Assembly (NCBI RefSeq): GCF_020745735.1
Contig: NC_083435.1
Span: 12,555,201-12,619,200 of the forward strand
Direction: 5' to 3'
DNA: 64,000 bases
Source: Hemiscyllium ocellatum
Taxonomy: Eukaryota
Shown here: positions 35,440 to 47,488 of the stretch, one piece after another
Numbering within the stretch: the first letter of the stretch is position 1
Layout of the letters: every line of letters starts with the position of its first letter
Position numbers and translations under genes: made by a program
Notes under the pieces: generated by a model
Databases searched by the model: none
The model's input: the letters and a program-made list of their open reading frames with translations, nothing else
What the model was told of the DNA's origin: nothing

Positions 35440-35890
35440 TATACACAGAATATTGCGCGATAATACACGCTGATCGCGAAGTACGCATGTGCAGCGAATC
35501 ACCGCCTCTTTGAGGCTCGATGGTTAGTGGAGCATGCGCAGTGCAGCTCCCAGGAGCTGAACAACGACGAGTGCAGTTGAGTGTTGTTTGCACCTCTGCA
35601 GTTCAGAACTAGAGCCGCTGGGCCCACTGGACAACAGGCGAGGGCTCCCGAAAGTGAGTAGAGACACTACTAAAGCGATGGTGCAGCGCCTCTGCACTCG
35701 TGCCGCCGTGTGCTGTTTCTTCTGTCGTTTCCGCCGAGTCCAACTCGGAACAAAGGAGCCGCCAGCGGCTGGCCCTGACGGACATGCGCAGTGTGGGCTC
35801 ATGGGGAAATGACCGCGTTGGATCGAGCGGTTTCTCAGATTCGGAGACGTCTGGGAAATACAGCCGCCATTACTCACCTTTGTAGGTAGG
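35440..35890. promoter_or_regulatory. CpG-island promoter with NRF1-like motifs, probable first exon of the ZNF gene
   Basis: CpG-rich patch in a CpG-poor background. GCATGCGCA about 35532, ACATGCGCA about 35783, CGCATGTGC about 35484. Plus-strand donor-like GTGAGT about 35653 and GTAGGT at 35886. Confidence 0.6.
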
Positions 35891-36087
35891 TATTTTAATG
35901 GATACTGATCGAAGGATATCGACCTCGAACTTTAACTCTGCTTCTCTCCAACGGATGCTGCTTAATCTGCTCAGTATTCCCGACGATTTCTGTTTCGTTT
36001 CAGATTTCCAGCATTCTCTGCAGTTTATTGCCTTTACATGCCCTCATTTTGGTATAAGTACTGCTTACATAAGAGATGCCTACTTAA

Positions 36088-36790
36088 GAAATAGGAGCAG
36101 AAGAATGCCATCTGAATCTGCTCTGCCATTCTATAAGATCGTGGCTGATCGTCTTGTGGTCTCAGGTCCACTAACCTGCCCACTCATCATACCCCTTAAT
36201 TCCTTTACTGTTCAAAAATATATCTATCTTTGTCTTAAAAACATTCAAGGAGGTACTTCAATTGTTTCAGGGGGCTGGGAATTCCACAGATTCACAACCC
36301 TTTAAGTGAAGAAGTTCCTCAATTCAGTCCTAAGTCTGTTCTTCTTTATTTTTGAGGCTATATCCCCAGTTCTAGTTTCACCTGCCAGTGGAAACAACCT
36401 CCCTGCTTCTATTTTATGTATACTCTACATAGTTTTATATTTGCTAAACAATTGCCCCTCACTCTTCTAAATTCTAATGAGTACAGTTCCAATCTACTCA
36501 ATCTCTCCCCATAAGCCAACCTCCCTCAATTCTGGAATCAACCAAGTGAACCTCCTCTGCACCTCCTTCAGTGCCAGTGTATCCTTTCTTAAGTAAGGAG
36601 ACCAAAATGGGACACATTACTCCAGGTATGGCCTCACAGTTGCAACATAACCTCCCTGTTTTTAAATTCCATCTCTCTCGCAATGAAAATCAGTATTCCG
36701 TTAGCTTACTTAATTACCTATTGTTTCTGAAAACCAACTTCTTGTGATTCATGCACAAGGACACCCAGGTGCCTTCTGCATAACAAAGTC
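36088..36790 (-). mobile_element. CR1-like LINE 3' part (older family)
   Basis: Degraded ORF2 C-terminus and aagaaataggagcag-type tail. Confidence 0.7.
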
Positions 36791-36804
36791 ATGAAATATA
36801 GACA

Positions 36805-37068
36805 GAGTCATAGAGATGTACAGCACGGAAACAGGTCCTTTTGGTCCAATCCGGTCCATGCCAACCAGATAACCCAACCCAATCTAGTACTACCTGTCAG
36901 CACCTAGTCCATATCACTCTAAACCCTTACTATTCATATACCCATCTAAATGCCTTTTAAACGGTGCAATTTACCAACTTCCAGTGTTTGTTAATTTTTC
37001 CAGGCGCATTCCAATGTCCAGCGATACATGAATTCAAACAGTAAAGGCAATAACTGTGTAGGTTCACT
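36805..37068 (-). mobile_element. Mini CR1 derivative: 5'UTR piece joined to 3' tail
   Basis: 36985-37066 matches 38450-38530 (5'UTR of the next element); 36805-36984 is a CR1 3' end. Confidence 0.65.
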
Positions 37069-37070
37069 TC

Positions 37071-38720
37071 GAGTCATAGAGATGTATAGAATGGAAACAG
37101 ACCCTTTGGTCCAATCCGTCCATGCCAACCAGATATCCCAACCAACTCTAGTCCCACCTACCAGCACCCGGACCATATCTCTCCAAACCCTTCCTATTCA
37201 TATACCCATCCCAATGCCTCTTAAATATTGCAATTGTACCAGCATCCACCACTTCCTCTGGCAGCTCATTCAATACATGTACCACCCTTTGCATGAAAAA
37301 GCTGCCCCTTAGGTCTCTTTTATATCTTTCCCCTCCCACCCTAAACCTATGCTTTTAGTTCTGACTCCCTGACCCCAGGGAAAAGACTTTGTCTATTTAC
37401 CCTCTCTATGCCCCTCATAATTTTGTAAACCTCTATAAGGTCACCCTTAGCTTCAGATGCTCCAGGGAAAACAGCCGCAGCCTGTTCACCCTCTCCCCGT
37501 AACTCAAATCGTCCAACCCTGGCAACATCCTTGTAAATCTTTTCTGAACCCTTTCAAGTTTCGCAACATCTTTCCGATAAGAAGGAGACCAGAATTGCAC
37601 GCAATATTTCAGCAGTGGTCTAACCAATGTCCTGTACAGCTGCAACATGACCTCCCAACTCCTGTACTCAATACACTGACCAAAAAAGGAAAGCATACCA
37701 AACGCCACAGAAACGTCTATCTGTACCTCGGACTACAGAATCCCCTAACACAGTTTATCTCTTGGAAGCCGACTTACCCCCTCGTTGCATTAGAACCAGT
37801 CTCAATACCAGAAACTTGTGCTACGTTCCCCTGAGAATCCATCACCCCCTACATTTTCCAAAACAGCATACCTGCTTGAAATGGGTATATCCACAAATGA
37901 CTCCTGCATGAGGTGCCTACCTCTCTTGCCTTTCCTGGAGTTAACCCATCTATGTGATTGTATCTGAGACTTTCCCACCTTCCTATAACTGCCATCTATC
38001 ACATACTGTTGCTGTTGCAAATTCCTCATCGCTTCTAACTGTCTCTCTAACCGATCCATTCGATCTGACAAGATTCGCATCCAACAGCATTTATGGCAGA
38101 TATAATCCGCAGTAACCCTTAAACTCTCTTTAAACTTCCACATTGGAGAAGAAGTACATATCACTGTACTAAAGGCCATTTTTGCTCCTTCACAATTTAC
38201 AGACCCAGAAGATAACACCGCCTAATTCCTCTACAAAACACTGCCCCAAATTAAATTTATAGTTATGGCTTATATTTTAAATTTAATCAAGAGACATATC
38301 TCCAAAAACATATAATCAAGAAAGAACCCACTCTACTCACTACTGCAGCCTTTCCACTGGACACACTTAAAACAACGATGAACTTATCTGATTTTGTGTT
38401 GTGAACTTCACCCAAACAGGTTCCTCCAAGATTAGTTGTGAAATTCACTGTTTGTTAATTTTCCCAGATGCACTCCGATGTCCAGCGATACATGAATTCG
38501 AAACAGCAAAGGCAGTAACTGTGCAGGTTCGTTTGCTCACTCGCTCTCTCTCTCTCGCTCTCTTGTGCTCTCTCTCTCGTCCTGTAATTCGAGGAAATCA
38601 CCTCAGCACCTAAATACATCAAAAAAGGAGCAGATGTTACAGCCAGAAATTTTTCCTGTCCTCCATCTTGGATTACCCTTGGTGTCAGTTTCTTTCTCGC
38701 TTTCTCTCTCTCTCCTGCAC
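37071..38720 (-). mobile_element. Internally deleted CR1: 5'UTR and ORF1 N-terminus fused to ORF2 C-terminus
   Basis: ORF1 zinc-finger/zipper (YICHKC..LSDRMDRLERQL) and GDSVVRGTDRRFCG join AFGMLSF of ORF2 at about 37705. Confidence 0.8.
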
Positions 38721-39302
38721 TGACCTCACCATGTGCTTCCTTTGTATGTACCTCTCCCTTTTGAAAACTGCTGTTGTTTTGACTTTTTTTTCCAAACTTC
38801 CAAAACAATGCAACAGTATATGAAACAGAATTTGCTGCTCCTGGAATTCTAAGGAAACCCATCCAACACCTAATAAACCTCTGAAAAGGAGATGTTTAAC
38901 CATTCTGTCTCTTGACCTCTCTCTCCTTCCTTTCGGTATTGCTTAAAGCCTATAGGACGCAGTTTGATAACACATGTATAAAATATCTTTGGGTGACTTT
39001 GTTAATGAAAATTCAAGTTTTATTCTAAAGTCTTAACAGTCAGTTACATAAATATTAGACTGAAGGGGCCTTGCGGTAACTCAATGAAACATTGTGGACA
39101 CTGCCTGCAAATTATTGAAACAAGTGGCAGGAAAATCACAGCAACTGCATTAATGATTTTTCAAGAACCACCAGGATCAAAAGTGTTTGGAAAGGTTTGC
39201 CTCACCTTTAGTGTTTTGGTAAAATCATAATATATTTAATTTAAATATTAACAACATAATGTTGATACACACAAGGGACCCAAGGAAGTCTGACCATCTC
39301 CC

Positions 39303-39541
39303 CTCATGCAGAGGGTGATATGTGTATGGAATGAGCTGCCAGAGGAGGTGGTGGAGGCTAGTACAATTACAGTATTTAAAAGGCATCTGGATGGGTACAT
39401 GGTAAGGAAGGGTTTAGGGGGATATGGTCCACGTGCTGGCAAGTGGAACTAGATTATGTTGTGATATCTGGTCAGCATGGATGATTTGGACTGAAGGGTC
39501 TGTTTCCATGCTGTACATCTCTCTTGACTCTATGACTCTAT
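39303..39541 (+). mobile_element. CR1-like LINE 3' end
   Basis: WNELPEEVV motif and (GACTCTAT)n tail. Confidence 0.85.
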
Positions 39542-41515
39542 TTTGGTGAAGTTGCTGGATCCTTTTGAGCCCAATTCAGCACATCAATTTCCACTGTGGG
39601 ACCAGAGAGAAATATAAATTCTTTGAGGGAATTAAGTTGCTCAACCGATCAGCTATGTAAAACTTCCCTTTATCAGTTGAGCAAACCAGATTATAAAAGT
39701 ATGTTGGAGTTGTGCAGAACTTTCATTCAATTACAACTGGGGCACTGTGTGCGGGTTTACCCTCCACACTTGAGGAACAATATGATTGCACTGCAGGGAT
39801 GCAAAGGAATGAAGCAGTTTAGCTATCAAGAGGTTCCAGATAAGCTCAGATTGTTTTCTTTGGAACTGATTTGAGACGGTACCTGACAGTGGTTTATCAG
39901 ATTATGAGGAGTATGGACAGGTGGAATAGAAAGCTGCCATTACCCTAAGTTGAAGGGTCATGAACTAGGGGACATAATTTTAGATAAAACACACAAGGTT
40001 TTGAAGGATTTGAATCAAACTAATTTCACTCAGATGATGGGAGGGTTTCAAATGCACTTCCCAATCTTTCAAAATACTTGTCTGAGCACTTTAAATGTGC
40101 TATGGACTTAGTGCTGAAAAGTAGGATTCATCTAGATTTAGTGTAGCTTTGGTGGTACAGACCCAGTAGGCCAAAGGGCCTTTTCTGTACTGTATGAATG
40201 TAAAATATAAGATTGGAGAAAAAGTTGGAAACAATGGTTTCCCATGTACTTATTTTCCCCTTTCTTTTCAGTAGTTAATAGTTTTGTTTTTAGAGGTTCT
40301 GTGAAAAGTTTTGCACAAGCTGCAGATGCATAAAACTTTTCTCCACGCCCTGGCACCCCTGTGGCTCTCATTCCAAACAATCCACATTTTGTAGTCCCTG
40401 TTTGACTGACACATTCCCTCCCTGAAGGCGATGAGTGAGGCAATTGTGTTCTTACAATAAGTAACAGCTTTGAAGTTAATATTTTCCCTACTGCTGGTCC
40501 CACAAATGAATTCAGTGAAGTTTCGCAACCTGCCTTTGTGATTTAAAAACAAAAGAACTGTGAATGCTGAAAATCAGAAGCAAAAACAGAAATTGCTGGA
40601 AAAGCTCCGGTCTGGCAGCATCTGTGGACTAAAATCAGAGTTAACATTTTGGGTCCAGTGACATTCCTCAGAAGTGATGATAATGAGGAAAATGTTAGTT
40701 TATATGCAGAAGTTAGCTTGGGGAGAGAGGGTAAGGAGTAAACGACATAGAGCCCAAAGAGATAGAATAGTTGGACAGACAAAGAATTGAGTAATGATCA
40801 AGATGGAGAGTGAATAGTTATACATGGGAACTGTTACTGGCTAACGTTGGATTGTGTGTATTAGCAAATAATGTGATATCAAGGCCTGCTATGTGGGCTA
40901 GAGATGAGACATGGGACAGCTCAAGTCCTAAAGTTGTTGAACTCAATATTGAGTCCAGAAAGCAGTTATTCTTTACCCTCTCTTTTCCCCCACCCAATGT
41001 CAACATAAAAACTGACATTTTCCGACAAAATTAGAAATGCTGGAAAAACTCAGCAGTTCTGGCAGCATTTGCAGAGGGAAATCTGAGCTAACATTTCAAC
41101 TCCTGTGACCCTTTCTCAGAACTGATGATAGCTAGGAAAATGTCAGTATCTAGAGAAAAGAATTTTATTTAGTATTTAATTCACTGCCAGATTTTCTCTA
41201 CGCATGGCCACCTTGAAGAAGTTCTGCACCTCCTTCCAACAGGATTTCCGTTCCAATTTTTTTTTTGTCCACCATCATTAATTTCACTGCCATTCCTAGG
41301 TTTCGCCAGATCATACATTCATGGAGTCAGAGAGATGTAAAACACAGAAACAAACCCTTGGGTCCAACTTGTCCATACTGACCAGATATTCGAAATAAAT
41401 CCAGTCCTGTTGGCCAGCATATAACCAACATCCCAATAAACCCATCCAGATGTCTTTTAAATGTTGCAATTCTACCAACATCCACCACTTCCTCTGGCAT
41501 CTCATTCCTTACAAA

Positions 41516-44500
41516 GAGTCATAGAGATGTACAGCATTGAAACAGACCCTTCAGTCCAACCCGTCCATGCTGACCAGATATCCCAACCCAATCTAGCCCC
41601 ACTTGCCAGCACCCAGCGCACAACCCTCCAAACCGTTCCTATTTATACCCATCCAAATGCATTTTAAATGTTTCAATTGTACCAGCCTCTACCACATCCT
41701 CTGGCAGCTCATTCCATACACGTACCACCCTCTGTGAAAAGGTTGTCCCTTGGGTCTCTTTTTTTATTGTTCCCCTCTCACCCTAAACCTGTGCCCTCTA
41801 GTTCTGGACTCCCCCACCCCAAGGAAAAGTCTGTGTCTATTTATCCTATCCATGCCCCTCATAATTTTGTGAACCTCCATAAGGTCATCCCTCAGCCTCC
41901 GATGCTCCAGGGAAAACAGCCCCAGCTGTTCAGCCTCTCCCTATAGCTCAAATTCCCCAACCCAGGCAACATCCTTGTAAATCTTTTCTGAACCCTTTCT
42001 AGTTTCACAACATCTTTCCGATAGGAAGGAGACCAGAATTGCACGCAATATTCCAACAGTGGCCTTACCGATGTCCTATACAGCCGCAACATGACGTCCC
42101 AACTCTTGTGCTCGGTACTCTGACCAATAAAAGAAAGCATACCAAATGCTTTCTTCACTATCCTATCTACCTGCAACTCCACTTTCAAGGAGCTATGAAC
42201 CTGCACTCCAAGGTCTGTTTGTTCAGCAACACTCCTCGGACCTTACCATTAAGTGGATAAGTCCTGCTAAGATTTGCTTTCCCAAAATGCAGCACCTCGC
42301 ACTTATCTAAATTAAACTACAGCTGCCACTTCTCAGCCCATCTGGTCAAGATCCTGTTGTAATCTGAGGTAACCCTCTTTGCTGTCCACTACACCTCCAA
42401 TTTTGGTGTCATCTACAAACTTACTAACTGTACCTGTTATGCTTGCATCCAAATCATTTACGTAAATGACAAAAGTTGGAGGAGCCAGCACCAATCCTGT
42501 GGCACTCCACTAGTCACAAGCCTCTGGTCTGAAAAGCAACCGTCCACCACTACTCTCTGTCTTCTACCTTTGAGCCAGTTCGGTATCCAAATGGCTAGTT
42601 CTCCCTGTATTCCGTGAGATTTAAACTTGCTAACCAGTCTCCCATGGGGAACCTTGTTGAACGCCTTACTGAAGTCCATATAGATCACATCTACCACTCT
42701 GCCCTCATCAATCCTCTTTGTTACTTCTTCAAAAAACTCAATCAAATTTGTGAGACATGATTTCCCATGCACAAAGTCATGTTGACTATCCCTAATCAGT
42801 CCTTGCCTTTCCAATAAATATGAACATCCTGTCCCTCAGGATTCCCTCCAACAACTTTCCCACCACTGACATTAGGCTCACTGGTCTATAGTTCCCTGGC
42901 TTGTCCTTCTTAAACAGTGGCACCACGTTAGCCAACCCAGTCTTCCGGCATCTCACCTTTGGACTATTGATGATACAGATATCTCAGCAAGAGGCTCAGC
43001 AATCACTTCTCTAGCTTCCCACAGAGTTATTGGGTACACCTGATCATGTCCTGGAGATTTATCCACCTTTATGCATTTCAGGCCGTCCGGCGCTTGCTCC
43101 TCTGTAATTTGGACATTTTGCAAGATGTCACCATCTATTTCCCTACAGTCTATATCTTCCATATCCTTTTCCACAGTAAATACTGATGCAAAATATTAAT
43201 TTCGTATCTCCCCCATTTTCTGTGTTTCCACACAAAGGCCGCCTCGCTGATCTTTGAGGGGCCCTATTGTCTCCCTAGTTACCCATTTGTTGTGAATGTA
43301 TATGTAAAAACCCTTTGGATTCTCCTCAATTCTATTTGCCAAAGCTATCTCATGTCCCCTTTTTGCCCTCCTGATTTCCCTCTTAAGTATACTCCTACTG
43401 CCTTTATCCCCTTCTAAGAATTCACTCGATCTATCCTGTCTATTCCTTACATACTTCCTCCTTTTTCTTAACCAAACCCTCAAATTCTTTAGTCATCCAG
43501 CATTCCATATACCTACCAGCCTTTCTTTTCACCCTGACAAGAATATACTTTCTCTGGATTCTTATTGTCTAATTTCTGAAGGCTTCCTATTTTCCAGCCA
43601 TCCCTTTAGCTGCGGACATCAGCCCCCAATCAGCTTTTGAGAGTTGGCCTTTCTCCAATTTAGAATTTCAACTTTTAGATATGGTCTACCCTTTTCCATC
43701 ACTATTTTAAATCTAATAGAATTATGGTTGCTGACCCCAAAGTGCTCCCCCACTGACCCCTGTCACCTGCCCAGCTTTATTTCCAAAGAGAAAAGCAAAT
43801 TTTGCACCTTCTCTAGTAGTTACGTCCACATACTAATCAGAAAATTTTCATGTACACACTTTACAAATTCCTCTCCATCTAAACCCTTAACACTATGGCA
43901 GTCCCAATCTATGTTCGGAAAGTTAAAATCCCCTACCATAACCATCCTATTATTCTTACAGATAGCTGAGACCACCTTACAAGTTTGTTTCTTAGTTTCC
44001 CTCTGACAATTAGGAGGTCTATAATACAATCCCAATAAGGTGATCATCCCTTTCTTATTTCTCAGTTCCACTCAAATAACTTCCCTGGATGTATTTCCAG
44101 GATTATCTTCCCTCAGCACTGCTGTAATGCTATCTCTTATCAAAAATGCCACTCCCCTCCTCTTTTGCCTCCCTTTCTATCCTTCCTGTAGCATTTGTAA
44201 CCTGGAACATTAAGCTGCCAGTCCTGCCCATCCCTGAGCCATGTTTCTGTAATTACTATGATATCCCAGTCCCATGTTCCTAACCATGCCCTGAGTTCAT
44301 CTGCCTTCCCTGTTAGGCTCCTTGCATTGAAATAAATGCAGTTTAATTTATTAATCCTACCTTGTCCCTGCCTGCCCTGACTGTTTGACTCCCTTCTGTT
44401 CTCAACTGTACCAGTCTCAGATTGATCTCTTTCCACACTATCTCCCTAGGTCCCACCTTCCCCCGCCCCCACCACCTTACTAGTTTAAATCCTCCCAAGC

Positions 44501-44546
44501 AGCTCTAGCAAATCTCCCTGCCAGTATGTTAGTCCCTTTCCAATTT
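41516..44546 (-). mobile_element. Near-complete CR1/HER1-like ORF2 (APE endonuclease and reverse transcriptase), frameshifted
   Basis: YFNARSL..ITETWL, YYRPPN..GDFN, KSPGHD, SCLTNL..YMDFSKAF..GVPQ, and 3' tail. Confidence 0.93.
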
Positions 44547-44549
44547 ACC

Positions 44550-45725
44550 AACCTCTATGAAAAAGGTAACCCTTAGGATCCTTTGAAATCTTTCTCCTCT
44601 CACTTTAAATCTATGCCCTCTAGTTTTGGACTCCCCAGTCCTGGGAAAACTCCCTGTCTATTTAGCTTATCCATGCCCCTTATGATTTATAAACCTATTT
44701 AAGGTCACCTGTCAGCTTCCGATGCTCCAGGGAAAGCAGCCCCAGTCCATTCAGCACCTTCCTATCGCTCAAATCCTCCAACCTGGGCAACATCTTTGGA
44801 CATGTATATTTTTTCTCAGCTCTTTCAAGTTTAACAATATCCTTCCAATAACAGGGGCACCAGACTTGCATGCAGTATTCCAAACGTGACCTAAACAATG
44901 TCCTGTACGGATGCAACAGATGCTCCGAACTTCTGTACTCAATGCACTGACTAATTAAGGCAAGCATATCAAATACCTTCACTATCCTATCTACTGGCGA
45001 CTTCACTTTCGAGGAACTATGAATTTGCACTCCAAGGTCTCTATGTTGAGTACCACTCCACAGGATCTTAGCATGAAGTGTATGAGTCCTGCCCTGATTT
45101 GCCTTTTGAAAATGCAGCACTTCACATTTATCTAAATTAAACTCCCATCTACCACTCTTGGGACCATTGGCCCACCTGATCAAGATCCTTTTGTACTCTG
45201 AGGTAGCCTTCTTTGCAGACTACTAAGTCTCCTATTTTGGTGTCATCTGCAAACTTACTGACCATACCTCCTATATTCACATCCAAATCATTCATAAAAA
45301 TGACAAATAGCACTGGACCCAGCACTGATCCTTGTGGTACAACACAGGTCACAGGCCACCAGTCTGAAAATCAAGTCTGTCTTTTTGAGCCAGTTCTGTA
45401 TTCGAATGGGTAGTTATCTCTGTATTCCATGTGAACTAACCTTGTTAACCAGTCTACCATGCAGAACCTTGTTAAAAGCCTTACCAAAGTCCATACAGAC
45501 CTTGTCCACCGTTCTGCCCTCATCAATCCTCTTCATTACTACTTCAAATAATTCTATTAAAGTAGTGAGACACAATTTCTCTCACACACACACACAGCCA
45601 TGTTGACCATGCCTAAACAGTCCTTGCTTTTCTAAATACATGGGAATGCTATCCCTCAGGATTCCCTCCAAAATGTGCTCACCACTGGTCTATCATTCCT
45701 TGGCTTTTCCTGACCACCTTTTTTA
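44550..45725 (-). mobile_element. CR1-like LINE RT/3' part
   Basis: VPQGSVLGPVLF..SKFADDTK and KCEVLHF. Confidence 0.88.
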
Positions 45726-45729
45726 AAAT

Positions 45730-47170
45730 TGTGGTATTTGCTAAGACTTATTTCCACAGTCACATCACATTCCTCAGTGACTGCTTCCTGGCCAGACTCA
45801 CCCTGTGTGGATTCCAACTCAAGTTTCATCTTTCATGCTTTGAATCTACCCAGGACATAGGTATCCCCAGTATATCTGGTACGTCGGTGATATCATCGTG
45901 CTACTTCACCTCTCTTTCGGAATTGGAAATGTTTATTGATTTGGCTTCCAATTTCAACCCTGCCCTCACTTTCACCTGGTCAATCTGGATTACCCTGGTC
46001 CACCTTACTTCACTCCTAACGTCGCTCTCCCCTCCCCTCCCTCCCCCCAATCTCCACAGCCCCATGGTACCTTCCCCTGTATATGCAAAAGGTATAACAC
46101 CTGTGTGTTTACCTCATCCTGCCTGAGTATCAAGGGCCCAAACCCACCGTCCAGCTGAAGCAGCACTTTACCTATACTTCATATAATCTACTGCATTCAC
46201 TGCACATTATATGGTCTCCCTTACGTTGGGCATTCTCCCTATGTATGTGTGGGTTTCCTCCATGTGCTCCGGTTTCCTCCCACAATCCAAAGCTGTGCAG
46301 AATAGGTGAATTGGCCATGCTAAATTGCCCATAGTATTCAGAGATCTGTAGGTTAGGTGCATTAGTCGGGGTAAATATAGGATAACAGGATTGAGTCTGC
46401 TTGGGTCACTCTTTGGAGGATTGGTGTGGACTTGTTGAACCAAAGGGTGTGTTTCCACACTGTACAGATTCTATGATTGGGGAAACAAAGCTTAAACTGG
46501 GTGACCATTTCATAGAATACTTAATTCTGGCTGCAATAAGATCTCGAGCTTTCAGGTATCTGCCACTTCAACACACCACCCTGTTCCCTGGCCAATATCT
46601 CCATCTTGGGTTTGTTTCAGTACTCCAGCGAAACTCAGTGCAAGCTGGAAGAACCCTGCAGCCTTCTGGACTCAATATCGAGTTCAACACCTTTACACTT
46701 GAGCTCACCCATGTCCTTATCCCAACTCCTACACACCAGGCTTGTTATCACAGTAGTTCTGAGGAATGGTCACCTGACCTGAAACGTTAACTCTGATTTC
46801 TGTCCGCAGATGTTGCCAGGCCTGCTGAGCTTTTCCAGCAATTTCTGTGTGTATTATCAGATAATCTGCTATTGCACAAACTGCATTGTTAGCTGCTAAC
46901 AGTTTCCCTTAATAGCTATTCAGCCTCCAGCCAGATCATTATCCACTCCTTTGCCTGTCCAACTGTTCTTCTCTCTCACTGAACTCTATCACCACCTATC
47001 ATTTACTCCTTACTCCCTCTCCCACCCTACCTTCTCTATGTATACCAACGTTTTCCGAGTTACCATCAGTTTTGAGGAAGAGTCACTGAACCCAAAATAT
47101 TAAGTCTGATTTTCTTCCACAGATGCTGCCAAACCTGCTGAGCTCTTCCTGCAATTTCTGTTTTTGTGCC
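45730..47170 (+). mobile_element. Penelope-like element pieces with tandem pLTRs (family 3); HE1 SINE nested at about 46225-46478
   Basis: FI..ASNF.PAL.FTWSI RT motif, IGETK..LGDHF GIY-YIG motif, repeated pLTR at 46755 and 47068. Confidence 0.72.
46755..46792 (+). ncRNA. Minimal hammerhead motif (PLE family 3)
   Basis: AGUU-CUGAGGA-AU-GGUC-ACCU-GACC-U-GAAACGUU-AACU. Confidence 0.65.
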
Positions 47171-47304
47171 TTTGTGTTTTTGTGTATATTCTGTCATTTC
47201 CCTATTCCTTTTTAAATTTGTTTTACAGGACATTACAAGAGGGGAATTGTCAGACCATAAGAAAACTTGATAGATAACCAGTTCAGCAACATTGGTCTTC
47301 AAAC

Positions 47305-47488
47305 ATGGAAACAAAAAGCACCATGCTCAGCAGGGAGCAGCTGTCCACGTATTTTGTTGATGGTTGAGGGCTAACCTGTTAATACACAGCTACAATCACA
47401 TCAGTGAGAAACTGTGTAAATGGCGGGTGGGTGTGTGATAAATCAGTTCATTACCTGATTGCGCTGGGAGTTCATTCATAGTGGTGAG
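47305..47488 (+). pseudogene. Decayed ancestral N-terminus of the ZNF gene (about two degenerate fingers), now uORFs
   Basis: aacATGG opens METKSTMLSREQLSTYFVDG* (47305-47367), resembling a linker plus finger start. Another frame reads HSYNHISEKLCKW, then IHSGE leads into finger 1. Confidence 0.6.
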
